A DNA stretch of 62,166 nucleotides, counting the filler, from Asterionella formosa (taxonomy: Eukaryota): assembly GCA_002256025.1 (NCBI GenBank). It is 3 parts of 3 records of this genome, joined end to end, with 100 filler letters (N's around TTAATTAATTAA, not from the genome) between each part and the next. Parts side by side here need not be neighbours in the genome. Positions count along the whole stretch, not along the records: positions 1 to 30,063 come from NKIB01000914.1; 2 more parts are not named here. One strand, 5' to 3'. Positions 11,661 through 22,839 of this stretch are shown piece by piece (positions within the stretch are counted from its first letter, which is position 1; each line of letters opens with the position of its first letter). The position numbers and the translations under genes are program-made. The notes under the pieces were generated by a model. It ran no database searches. It was given only the letters and a program-made list of their open reading frames with translations, and was not told the DNA's origin.

Positions 11661-14152
11661 GATTGTTGGTATGCAGATGCAGGTGTATGGGTGCGTCTAT
11701 AATTCGCGTTTTGAGTGATTACAGGAGGGATCCTTGTTTCCCGGTAAAAACGGNNNNNNNNNNNNNNNNNNNNNNNNNNNNNNNNNNNNNNNNNNNNNNN
11801 NNNNNNNNNNNNNNNNNNNNNNNNNNNNNNNNNNNNNNNNNNNNNNNNNNNNNNNNNNNNNNNNNNNNNNNNNNNNNNNNNNNNNNNNNNNNNNNNNNNN
11901 NNNNNNNNNNNNNNNNNNNNNNNNNNNNNNNNNNNNNNNNNNNNNNNNNNNNNNNNNNNNNTTCCCGGTACTGGTATACCCGGTATTTGACCACCACTGC
12001 CACGACTCTTCAAACCACATCATTCAGGTTCAGTCTCATAAGGCTGGCTGATGTTTTTGATTAGCTAAGATTATTAGCCATGATATATAGCTAAAATAAA
12101 AAAAGGAAAATGATATTTCGTCCCCTATTTCGATATTTCGTCCCCGTAACTATCATTTTCCTAAAACAATTCTGATAAAATATGAGATGACGTTTTTCAC
12201 ATCGTCTGTTGGTTCACTTTCTCATCATGATTTTGTTTATGATCTCGGAATGCGTCAGCATGGTGGTCTTTTTGTGGCAATTTCCTGCATTTTAATTGAA
12301 CATAAAGGTTGTTGCTCCCAACTGTCCAATTCTGTGATATTGTTTCCTCCTGCCTGGTATGCATATTATGTGCATGATCCTCCCATTGTTAGATACTCAT
12401 GTGATAATAACAATCCTACAGAACGTAGATCTTTCATAGTCAAATGATGGATGTTGGCGTTTTGCTCCCAACTGTCCAACAGTATTCTGTGATATACAAC
12501 AGCTGCAAGATTCTGCTTCATAAACTTCAAAAGTAGAAAGGGTTCATCGTGTCAAGTGTTATTGTCAATGGACAACGCCAGTCAAGAATCTTTGCGCTTT
12601 GGGGGGTATGCTGCCCTTGCAATCATTCCAGCTACTAGCACAACAGGAGAAGGTGATGACGAAGAAGCAGAAGAAAGGAAGGGAAGGTGCAAAGATTATT
12701 GTCATGGAAGACAGAGGTCTAGTTTATTCCTCATTTAGACAGTATGACAACTAGCAATGGATTCTTGGGTGAATAAATAAAATATAATTGAAAATATTTT
12801 TAATCCCTCTACTATGTATTGGAGAATCAATCATGGTGAGGACATCATGACTATATTTTACTCTGCTTCATTCCCATTGTTCATACTACATTCTTGTTCT
12901 TCTGCTTCTCTTCGTTTCATTCCACTTCCCCAAATATTATGTTTCTCGTCTTTGCAATTCATCCAACGAGAATGTCATTGTCTTCGTTGTTGTCATTGAC
13001 TTTACATTTTTCTGAAACAAAGTCGTTTTTGCTTTCCTTCCTTTGTTTGCCAAGGCTCGCAGATGTCGTAGTTTATCATCATAATTAACCAATTTTTTAG
13101 CTTGTTGTATTTTCCTCATATGCTTCTGGTGGTAGAGAATACTTTCTAGATATGACGCACAATAAGCAGGACAATGCCTTATATACTAGTTGACCAATAT
13201 CATTCTGAGTGCCATAAGGTACTAGCAGGAATGGACTCAATCCATAAAAACCACAACCCACACCATGATGGGCACAATATAAGTAGCTCGAAAATTCGAT
13301 TTCAAGTCTCACCTCTCTTGCTGGAGCATATGCCAAATTTCATCACAAACCCTTCTTGACTATCAACCTATGCCACAACTACTAAATGAATTGGGCAGAT
13401 AACTCTAATCAACTGATGAGAAGCTATAAGCCAGAAAATTGGAGACTGAAAATTATTGCTAGTACCAAATACAAATATGTAGCAGCTAATTATCCAGTAC
13501 AACAGCAGTACAATTCGTCAGCAGTATAATGTGAATGACATAATTTGTGCTGAATGATTCCCTAGTATCAAGAAGTATAGCAGGCAACAGCAGTGGAAAA
13601 ATGCAATGCTCAATTTAGGTAGCCAGGCAGTGTTGCTGCATGTCGTGCCCAAAATAAAAAGATTTATCAGACAGATTATCTTGTTTATGGGCGCAATTAT
13701 ATTTTTATTTTGTCCATTCCAGTGCTAATAACTCACAACACCAAACAAATATATATTTACATTCATGTGCCCAAATATTCTCAGAATGGCCTCTGATATT
13801 GATCAAATCATTATATTCTGAAGATCAATCTTGCTGATTTGTTGTTTGTTATTGCCAAAGATTCAAACAACATTTCACTTTCCAACACTGTTGGACAGAA
13901 AATATTCCAATGTTCACGAAATTGTATCTTAGTTCGCCTTTATTTGATGTACATTTAGGTGAAGGTTGTTGTGTTGGCTGATGATTGATTCTGTCATCAT
14001 TGTCTGATGACGCATGACAATCCATTCCTCACATTTTGGATGTTCATATTATTTATACATGTACATATACAATATATACATGTATAAAATATCTGCAAAA
14101 AAATCCAAGGACAACACAAAAAATTTGTCTCGCCTTGTTTGTAACTGTGACC

Positions 14153-15226
14153 ATGATTTCGTCCGTCGCTTTCTCTGCTCTCCGCAGTCATGCTTCTCGA
14201 CGCTTCTTCAGCAGTAGTCCTGGTTTTGTGATGGTTTCTATCAAAGAAGCTCAGTCAACCACTGCCAAGGCGCTCAAGCAAATTGGCTGGGACGACCAAG
14301 ACGCCAATCTCCAAGCGGAAATCATGACAGCAGCTGAGCTCTGCGGAAACAATCAGGGTCTGGTCAAGATGTACCAACCTTCAATGATGGCCCCATCAGC
14401 TGATGCAAGTAAACCCACCATTGAACGAGAGACGCCCTCAAGTGCTGTTGTCAATGCGAACCAAGCACCCGGCATGTTGGCTGCCGTGACAGCTGCTGAT
14501 TTGGCGGCCGACAAGGTTCTGAACGGAGATTTCGCCATTGCCATAGTTTCATCGTATAATTCTTCAACCTCTTCTGGTCAGCTAGCCTTCTACGTCAATC
14601 GTATGGCCGAAAAAGGAGTGATTGGTGTCGCTTTGGCTAATTCTCCTGAATTCGTGGCAGCAGCTGCAGGAGGGAAACCTGTGTTTGGAACCAATCCTTT
14701 GGCGGTTGCAGTTCCTACCTCCACTGGGACCTTCGCTTTCGACATGGCCACCTCTGCGGTTGCCTTATTTGGAGTTCTCACTGCCAAGTCCAAGGGCGAA
14801 GCCTTACCGCCCAATGTCGCCTACGACGCAGCAGGAAACTGGACCACTGACGCGAATAAGGTTATGGACGGAGGTGCAATTGCTACCTTTGGTGGGCACA
14901 AGGGAGCCGGCCTGTCTCTCTGCGTGGAACTCTTGGCAGGTGCTTTGAGTGGATCTGCCGTGTTGGGACAAGTCGAGTCGAAAAAGGCTGCGAAATCATG
15001 GGGACACACCTTTATCGCTATCAATCCCAACATGTTAGTTGACGACTTTCCGTCGAAGGCAGAAAGTATCTTGGAAACCGTAAAGGCATCTGGTGCCAAT
15101 ATTCGAATTCCTGGTGAGCGATCAGCCAAGATGGCTCTGGAGCGTAAAGTTGCTGGAGAAATGCCGATTCCTGAAAAGATTTGGGAGAGTATCTGTGATT
15201 GTGCCAAAAATGGACTTGGTAAATGA
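14153..15226 (+). CDS. LDH2/MDH2-family (malate/L-lactate/sulfolactate-type) oxidoreductase with mitochondrial-type presequence
   Basis: GGKPVFGTNPLAVAVP, FDMATS, FGGHKGAGLSLCVELLAGAL and RIPGER family motifs. N-terminus MISSVAFSALRSHASRRFFSS. Confidence 0.88.
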   Translation: MISSVAFSALRSHASRRFFSSSPGFVMVSIKEAQSTTAKALKQIGWDDQDANLQAEIMTAAELCGNNQGLVKMYQPSMMAPSADASKPTIERETPSSAVVNANQAPGMLAAVTAADLAADKVLNGDFAIAIVSSYNSSTSSGQLAFYVNRMAEKGVIGVALANSPEFVAAAAGGKPVFGTNPLAVAVPTSTGTFAFDMATSAVALFGVLTAKSKGEALPPNVAYDAAGNWTTDANKVMDGGAIATFGGHKGAGLSLCVELLAGALSGSAVLGQVESKKAAKSWGHTFIAINPNMLVDDFPSKAESILETVKASGANIRIPGERSAKMALERKVAGEMPIPEKIWESICDCAKNGLGK

Positions 15227-15429
15227 GAAGTGAATGATCAATGAGAAGCAACCACCACTTCAATTCCTGCACTGATTTATGTATGTATATAAGGAGCGAT
15301 GCGTTGGGTTGGTTGAGTTGTGCTCTCCTCTTGCCGAGCATTATTGCCTATACATAAATAAAATTCGCTATTCAACAATAATGTTATTAGATGTTCTTGG
15401 CTAGAGGCATTGGTATCCTGAATTCTTCG

Positions 15430-16758
15430 TCACTCAAACCGAATGGAAATAGTCAAATTGATACTCTCTAAGATAGGGTCTGTGACACTCAACTCCTCCC
15501 CATCTGTTACCAGCGAAATCATGGTCTTGTCCAAATTTGGACGAAGGGCTTGTTCTAAAGCTACAGGCTTTTGCATATACAAGGTCGACCCGGAACCCGT
15601 GGTAATCGATGGAGATTTGAGTCTCAAGTCTCCGTCCTTCAATTCCTGCATCAACTGATTCAAGGTCATGTTCTTGTCAATTGTCATCTTTCGGACCGCA
15701 GCTGTGCACACACAACAATCGCTCTTCCGTTCATACACAAAGGTGTGAGAGTATATCCCCGTCGCCCCCATGTACATCATGTAGGTATTTAGAGTTTGCG
15801 AAAAGAAAGTCAACAATTTGAGGCATTCATTGACACAAATCGCGGCAATAATGGCATTAGTGGATGCGACCGCGGGTATGATATTCTTGACCACTCCCAT
15901 TGTTAGCATATACGTAACTCCACCAATATTGTATCGGTTGGCTCGTTCCAGCGCACGATCGTAGACCCAATTCATATCTTGTGGACTGTCGGTATCTAGT
16001 TTCTTGTCTGGAAATTCCTTAGGCCAGAGTAATATAGATGCGTAGGCAATGCAATGCTCGGGACGTCGGGGTGTTTCAGCGATCGTACACAGTGGAAAGG
16101 TCTTTTGAGGTGGAAAGGCATCCAAGGAACACTCATAGCACGATGTGATTCTCGGCAAAATGACGCGAGCTTGTCCCGAAAATCCTTCGGTTCCGCCGTC
16201 TATGATTGGAATGATCGTTGATGGGTCTGGATCGCCGTCTTCATCCAGTTCCACTAGTCCACACACAGTAGCGTTTAGCCACCTTCTGGCTTCTACATTG
16301 TCCAGTCCGCAAATGATGCATGAGAAGGATGCATAAAACGATGGGTCCTTGTCTTGAATCTTCCCGTGATGGGCCGTCACTGTCATCCAAGGGCATCTGC
16401 TATTGATGAATGCGGCAGCCACCTTGGCCTTGGAGCTGCCCACATCCGACTGTCGGAAGAGAAACTGCCGATTCAAGTTGGTCACATCTATGGTGTCCAG
16501 GTCAATCACATGGACTTGGTGAATCCCCGACATGCTCAAATCCTTGAGCAATTCACATCCCAAGCCACCAGCGCCAACGACAAGCACTTTGGAGTCCGTG
16601 AGCTTAGACGGCGGCAGATCAGCGGTAGTTACGCGCAGTTCTGGTTTGTGGATGGGCTCAAACTCGCCGATGGGCAAGAGGCCAGTCTCGTTTCCAAACG
16701 GAGACGGACGACTGAGCAGGGTCAACAATGAGCCACGCTGGGGTGTTGTCGAGTCCAT
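15430..16758 (-). CDS. UBA3: NEDD8-activating enzyme E1 catalytic subunit
   Basis: VLVVGAGGLGCELLK, TNLNRQFLFR, catalytic FPLCTIAETPRRPEHC, KNIIPAVASTNA, and an E2-binding C-terminal domain. Confidence 0.95.
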   Translation of the reverse strand: MDSTTPQRGSLLTLLSRPSPFGNETGLLPIGEFEPIHKPELRVTTADLPPSKLTDSKVLVVGAGGLGCELLKDLSMSGIHQVHVIDLDTIDVTNLNRQFLFRQSDVGSSKAKVAAAFINSRCPWMTVTAHHGKIQDKDPSFYASFSCIICGLDNVEARRWLNATVCGLVELDEDGDPDPSTIIPIIDGGTEGFSGQARVILPRITSCYECSLDAFPPQKTFPLCTIAETPRRPEHCIAYASILLWPKEFPDKKLDTDSPQDMNWVYDRALERANRYNIGGVTYMLTMGVVKNIIPAVASTNAIIAAICVNECLKLLTFFSQTLNTYMMYMGATGIYSHTFVYERKSDCCVCTAAVRKMTIDKNMTLNQLMQELKDGDLRLKSPSITTGSGSTLYMQKPVALEQALRPNLDKTMISLVTDGEELSVTDPILESINLTISIRFE

Positions 16759-17339
16759 TTCCTGCGTTGCATCGGAGTCAGCGAGGGGGGCAAGGAACGG
16801 GTCGTATGTATCGCAGATTCAGTTCATTCTCCTTGCTTCTTACCATGGATTTTGTCATGGATGCCGCAGAACGCTTCGTCATAGAGAGGAAAGGAGGGGA
16901 CGTTGTTTGTTCGTTGAGATCATACAATTTCCCAACACATTGAAAAATAATTTTGCAATGCTCCGACATTCATGAATAATTGGAGTGCTTGGTACATAGT
17001 ACCGGTAGCTACAGTAGGTAGACTTCCTGGTACCAGGTACTCTGGTACCTGGTTACTGTACACATATCTGTACATGAATACCGGTGTCTCGTCCTCTCGT
17101 CAAAAATGCAGATCATGACGACTCCAAACCATCATGCCGGTACATAAGAAATATTAATTTGATTATAGGTACATCATACCGGTGGTATCTAAAAGGTTTT
17201 TACGGTTCGCTCAAGAGATATTTTCATCCTGCCGTACCTATTATTCTCCGGTCCAACACCTTTTGTGTGTGTGTGTTTCCCTGGAATAATCGGATCCCCC
17301 ACACAAAACCATACAATCACGACCACACATTTTTGTTGC

Positions 17340-18566
17340 TTAGACAATAGTACTTGACATGACCATTGGTGTTGACGAATGCTCCACATGAATTGGTGGT
17401 GGGTCGTGGGTTGGTGTTGTATTATAGTGATCAGTCTCGGGTGAGGGTGCCATTTCATACACGAAAATACCAATCAAGACCATACTGAGACCAACAAAGA
17501 AAAAGTTTCGGGGGAAAATATTTTGGGCCACGACCGAAAAGATGGTTGTATACAAGTCGGATGTGAGCATGGAAAGGTTCAAAAAGGCAGCTTCAGAAAT
17601 CAAAAGGAATCGGGAGAGAGCCACCTTTCGAATCACTTGACATATTACATAAATAATCAGAAGCATGATGGAGAATTTGAACGCACATGCTCCATCATGA
17701 AAAAAGGCATAAATAGCTTGGCGTTCCAAAACGAGGGCTTGTATTCCACTAATGAGAAACCCCCAAAATGAAATCATCGACAAGTATTCATAAACACCGC
17801 CATATTCTCGTACGCAACGCTCCGCAAAGACATCATTGATACCATAAAGAGCTCCTCCCAGAATGGCGAAAAGGTCGCCGAGCAGCTTGTCGGGATAGTG
17901 ATCCGAACCGTCGTCACGGACCTTGTCATTCACCGACACGTCTGGGGTCTTGTCTGATTCGTAGTCAGTGATTACATTGACGGTCAATCCAAACAAGCAA
18001 ATGCAGGCTCCAAACATATGCAAACATCCATATTTTCGTTTCAACATAATGGCCGAAAAGATCATTGCCGACGGAATGGACACAGCATCAAAGAGTGCTA
18101 CAGAAGTTAGCGTCGTGTACTTCAAAGCCAACATCATAAAATAATTTGCCTCCACGCCAATGAAGGCAATGCCTAAATATTTCCATGCTTGAAGTCGAAG
18201 GGGGAAATTTCCTCCGATAAACCAATGAGGAGGTTGTGCCAAATCAGGGTCCTTCTTGATTCGCCGCCCTTCCCGATAGAGAGGAATAAAGTTGAGGGCA
18301 AGGAACAAAAAGACCCATGTGTTGGAAAATGCAGGGACCGAGAGGGAACAGTTAAGATAGAGCGTAGATTGTGAGGACCATAGAGTCGCCATGGTGAGAC
18401 TAATGAATTGACCAAACAGGACAATCTTTATCTTCAAGCGCATATCCATTTTGACTGGTTTCATGACAGACTCATTTTCGTGGCCTTCAGAGTCTCTGGA
18501 CATGCGTGAGGGTTCTTCGACGCTTTCCTTGTCATTCATATCATTTCTCTCTGCACCTATCTCCAT
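17340..18566 (-). CDS. SLC35F1/F2-like DMT-superfamily transporter
   Basis: About 10 hydrophobic helices; EANY..LALKYTTLTSV, GD...LGGALYGINDV, NLSMLTSD motifs. Confidence 0.88.
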   Translation of the reverse strand: MEIGAERNDMNDKESVEEPSRMSRDSEGHENESVMKPVKMDMRLKIKIVLFGQFISLTMATLWSSQSTLYLNCSLSVPAFSNTWVFLFLALNFIPLYREGRRIKKDPDLAQPPHWFIGGNFPLRLQAWKYLGIAFIGVEANYFMMLALKYTTLTSVALFDAVSIPSAMIFSAIMLKRKYGCLHMFGACICLFGLTVNVITDYESDKTPDVSVNDKVRDDGSDHYPDKLLGDLFAILGGALYGINDVFAERCVREYGGVYEYLSMISFWGFLISGIQALVLERQAIYAFFHDGACAFKFSIMLLIIYVICQVIRKVALSRFLLISEAAFLNLSMLTSDLYTTIFSVVAQNIFPRNFFFVGLSMVLIGIFVYEMAPSPETDHYNTTPTHDPPPIHVEHSSTPMVMSSTIV

Positions 18567-19734
18567 GACTAATGTGGATTAGATGATGGCAGTAACGACG
18601 AGCAATGAGACGCAGTGGAGCTCCTCGGGTTCACCAACCGAAACCAAGCAGTAATTGTTTGGATTGTTCTACCAGGTACCAGGTACCTGGTATCCCCTGC
18701 NNNNNNNNNNNNNNNNNNNNNNNNNNNNNNNNNNNNNNNNNNNNNNNNNNNNNNNNNNNNNNNNNNNNNNNNNNNNNNNNNNNNNNNNNNNNNNNNNNNN
18801 NNNNNNNNNNNNNNNNNNNNNNNNNNNNNNNNNNNNNNNNNNNNNNNNNNNNNNNNNNNNNNNNNNNNNNNNNNNNNNNNNNNNNNNNNNNNNNNNNNNN
18901 NNNNNNNNNNNNNNNNNNNNNNNNNNNNNNNNNNNNNNNNNNNNNNNNNNNNNNNNNNNNNNNNNNNNNNNNNNNNNNNNNNNNNNNNNNNNNNNNNNNN
19001 NNNNNNNNNNNNNNNNNNNNNNNNNNNNNNNNNNNNNNNNNNNNNNNNNNNNNNNNNNNNNNNNNNNNNNNNNNNNNNNNNNNNNNNNNNNNNNNNNNNN
19101 NNNNNNNNNNNNNNNNNNNNNNNNNNNNNNNNNNNNNNNNNNNNNNNNNNNNNNNNNNNNNNNNNNNNNNNNNNNNNNNNNNNNNNNNNNNNNNNNNNNN
19201 NNNNNNNNNNNNNNNNNNNNNNNNNNNNNNNNNNNNNNNNNNNNNNNNNNNNNNNNNNNNNNNNNNNNNNNNNNNNNNNNNNNNNNNNNNNNNNNNNNNN
19301 NNNNNNNNNNNNNNNNNNNNNNNNNNNNNNNNNNNNNNNNNNNNNNNNNNNNNNNNNNNNNNNNNNNNNNNNNNNNNNNNNNNNNNNNNNNNNNNNNNNN
19401 NNNNNNNNNNNNNNNNNNNNNNNNNNNNNNNNNNNNNNNNNNNNNNNNNNNNNNNNNNNNNNNNNNNNNNNNNNNNNNNNNNNNNNNNNNNNNNNNNNNN
19501 NNNNNNNNNNNNNNNNNNNNNNNNNNNNNNNNNNNNNNNNNNNNNNNNNNNNNNNNNNNNNNNNNNNNNNNNNNNNNNNNNNNNNNNNNNNNNNNNNNNN
19601 NNNNNNNNNNNNNNNNNNNNNNNNNNNNNNNNNNNNNNNNNNNNNNNNNNNNNNNNNNNNNNNNNNNNNNNNNNNNTCATTCTTTTGTATCACTCCCTCA
19701 TTCGAAATCCGACCATCCACAGCCCTTTCCTGCC

Positions 19735-21063
19735 ATGGTGACAACGAAAGCCAGTCCCTTACACAAAGGCATCAATGGCATCCAATTGCTCATTGTTCTC
19801 TCTCTGCTTCAGCTCGGCTCACAGTTATTAGTGAATTCGCCACAATTCTTGACGATCGCAGGGAGTACATCAACCAACAGCGCCCTCCTCCATGAGGCTA
19901 CCCCTCCCAACGACTCACCAGCAAAACGTGACTTGGACGTTTGCCGCAATCTTGGAATGACTCCGGATCAACTGTGTGCACCGTGGGAAGTGGACATGGA
20001 TTCGTGGTGGACGCATCATCCTGAATGGGATGTGTCGTTTGAAAACGACGCTTGTTTTTGCTTCACCAAAATGGCGAACAATACCCCGAAGTACAACTTC
20101 CTTCGTGAAGTGTACAATCTACAGTTTTCGGAAACAACAGATTGCACCAAGGTCTACAGCAAAACCATGTTTAATTCGGGATGGGGCGTGGACACAGAAA
20201 TGCTTGCTGACAGGCTACTCTTTGCATACCAGCAGAAACGGCCATTCCAACTCATAGCGAATGAGCCGTGGAAATACGCAATATCACCGACTGATGAAAA
20301 GGAAGTTAAAGTGTGTCCCAGCGCAAACATGTTTTGTTACTTCTTGCCATTAGGAAGATGTGCTGCTGGAAGAAACTATGTCAATCCAAAAGGTAAATTT
20401 GCCAGAGATTCCCAACGAACAACATCGACACAGCGACTTCACTTATCATGGTTACGGATACATGCCACTCGACCTCAGCAGTGGTTTCGCAAACGCCTGT
20501 ACGACTATATGAAAAAAAACGCACCTCGGAAGGTGCAAACGCCGTGTGTAGCCATGCATGTGCGTCGATCCGATGTGTCCAAGTTCAAAATACAAGCCCG
20601 GAAATACTTTGCCATCTCTGAATATATACAAAAAGTCCCAAGTCTCCAGTCAAAAAATGTCACCAATATTTTGCTCTTCACAGATGATGCAAACGCTATT
20701 GACGAAGCGCTTGAGTTTCATCCTGAATACAATTGGATGTATGTGAATAGGACAAGGTACCGTGGGACAGAAGGACCACTTGGAATGCATCTGCCAACAA
20801 AAGATCCTCTGACGGAAGTTTTGGCCATTCATGCCGTCCTTCGTCTTGCCAAGCATTGCGGCACTCTGGTTCATTCGTTCAGCTCATTCTCTAAAGCAAT
20901 TTATGATCACATGGCTTGGAAACAACGAAACATCACAAAGATTCAGATCATCAGTACTTCAAAAAGATACAATAAGGCGAACATTGACTCGCCAATGCTC
21001 CTTCAGAGTAAATTGGATGAGTTGAGAAAGAACAAAACCCAAAAGACTAGCATCAAAGCGTAA
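19735..21063 (+). CDS. Type II membrane glycosyltransferase, GT23 / alpha-1,6-fucosyltransferase-like
   Basis: N-terminal hydrophobic anchor, AMHVRRSD GDP-fucose-binding motif, LLFTDD, SFSSFS. The start is close to an assembly gap, so it is uncertain. Confidence 0.75.
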   Translation: MVTTKASPLHKGINGIQLLIVLSLLQLGSQLLVNSPQFLTIAGSTSTNSALLHEATPPNDSPAKRDLDVCRNLGMTPDQLCAPWEVDMDSWWTHHPEWDVSFENDACFCFTKMANNTPKYNFLREVYNLQFSETTDCTKVYSKTMFNSGWGVDTEMLADRLLFAYQQKRPFQLIANEPWKYAISPTDEKEVKVCPSANMFCYFLPLGRCAAGRNYVNPKGKFARDSQRTTSTQRLHLSWLRIHATRPQQWFRKRLYDYMKKNAPRKVQTPCVAMHVRRSDVSKFKIQARKYFAISEYIQKVPSLQSKNVTNILLFTDDANAIDEALEFHPEYNWMYVNRTRYRGTEGPLGMHLPTKDPLTEVLAIHAVLRLAKHCGTLVHSFSSFSKAIYDHMAWKQRNITKIQIISTSKRYNKANIDSPMLLQSKLDELRKNKTQKTSIKA

Positions 21064-21507
21064 ATTTATATTGCACATATTCACTAAAGTAGGCCAAACC
21101 GTGTCTTTGACAAATCAAATTTTGCATTTTGTAATTGAATATAGTGAAGTACTGAGTCCTTGTGAAGGAATAAACAATCCATTCATTGTTCTTTTATTTA
21201 TAGTGTACTCCACCACCCAAAACTGTAAGCCAACACTACAACAGTTTGAACTTATTTTTCAAGATTCAATTTTAATTGTCATGAACGAGTTGTTCAGACT
21301 GTTTATATAGCGAGTAAATACTTCCGTACTTTTCTTGTTGTATTGTGTACATTGTTCATTGATGGGCGATCGTAACAGAGATACAAACAATTTTATTTCA
21401 TTGTATCTTAGGGAAAAATGAGATCATTTCAAAAATAAATCTCACTAATGGCAAGCCTTGTTCTTATTGTCATTTCTCCACAAACATGTGCATCAGACTC
21501 AGCAAAA

Positions 21508-21692
21508 CTTTCGCAAAAGGTGATTGTCCTAAATGCAGCTTTAGGGGAAACTCCAACCGCCTTGGAAGGCGGTACAAGCTGCTTTGAGGAAGGCAACCCA
21601 CTATCTCTTGAACACCAGGCAAGACCTAGCGGGACGGTAAGGAGTGTTGGAGTCGAACCCAGATCAAGATCAAAGGCAATGTGCTAAACCAT
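21508..21692 (-). mobile_element. Putative tRNA-derived SINE, copy 1 (5'-truncated)
   Basis: Homologous to 30836-31077; perfect B-box GGGTTCGACTCC on the minus strand at 21649-21660. Confidence 0.6.
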
Positions 21693-21899
21693 ATGTTAAC
21701 CTCATTTTTAAGCGCCTTAGTACTACTCTATGATTAGTAGGTACAGCCCTTCTTTGTTGATTATTTTAATTACATGACATAAATTAAATTTAGTCAATTA
21801 GTGTTTCTTATCGCTGTATCTGCAGCGATACACACAGATGCACATTTCGGAGCAACAAAAAGTGATCTGGAAGCAACATCAACCCGGATGTGTGAGATA

Positions 21900-22700
21900 C
21901 AAAAAATTGGGCCAAGCAAATATGACAATCCTTAGTAATTTGTCCAGCATACTTGCTGCAATTAAAACATTTGACACATATGCCTTTAAATTTTCTGTTT
22001 GCACCTGCTGTATTGTTCTTAGATTGGCAGTTCGCTCCCTTGTTGTATCCTTGTTTTCCACAATTCTTGCATAGTCGCTCCCTAAAATTTACAATTTGCT
22101 AACAAGGCAATCTTGTTGGTATTTGCATCCTTGAACTTCCTTTTGTAGAATTCATGAAGTTTGGATTTTAAGTCTGATAATGTAATAGTACCAATTCCTT
22201 CATTCACAATAATGTCTTCACTGTACTCCTTAGGAAGCTTATTCATTATAAGCACAATGCCTTTGACTCCTTTCTTTTCAAATGATGCCTGAATTTGACA
22301 CATCCTGTTCCTGATGGTAGCAAGAGCAATGAACTTTTCATCTGGGTGTGCTTTAGTAGTCTCAAAAGTACAACTGTTGAATTTGCCAATTAGCTGAATT
22401 GAATCGGTTACCTGATGAGGAGCATAGTAATCATCCAAATACTGCCAAGCAAGAATAGCATCTCCATCCATCAAATCATCTGTCGCGATCCCAAATGCAA
22501 TCCCACTGACACTAAAAAGGATCAATATCTGATTTGCCTTTTCATTCCACTCATTATTCTTCTTCTAGTCATCATCATTATCAATTGGCTTTGTGTCATT
22601 GGCATATAGACATATTGACCAAAATTCATATGGCCTACCGGTAGTCCTGTATAATTGCTGGTAATTACTTCCATCATGGAAATACCACAATAGTGCAGCG
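21900..22700 (-). mobile_element. Degenerate Ty1/copia gag fragment
   Basis: ORF 22082-22525 resembles UBN2-type gag (GDAILAWQYLDDYYAP, IMNKLPKEYS). It is followed by decayed zinc knuckles (CKNCGKQGY..., CFNCSKY...KDC). Confidence 0.7.
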
Positions 22701-22839
22701 GAAAACTGAATATGCTCATGTGTTTAGGATCATTTGATCATACTTTTAAGATCAATTAATCCTGATTCTTGAAAATTAATTTTAATCTTTCATTTTCTCA
22801 TCAACGACACCGTTTATCATATGATCAATATGTTATGCT

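Noticed and set aside
12060..13950. AT-rich, CpG-poor stretch with short duplications (GATATTTCGTCCCC x2; GCTCCCAACTGTCCAA x2)
   Set aside because: Probably old TE debris, but no domain or terminus could be identified, so it is not called.
18569..19744. Long ORFs spanning N runs (also around 2927-3492 and 11639-12064)
   Set aside because: Artefacts of translating assembly gaps.
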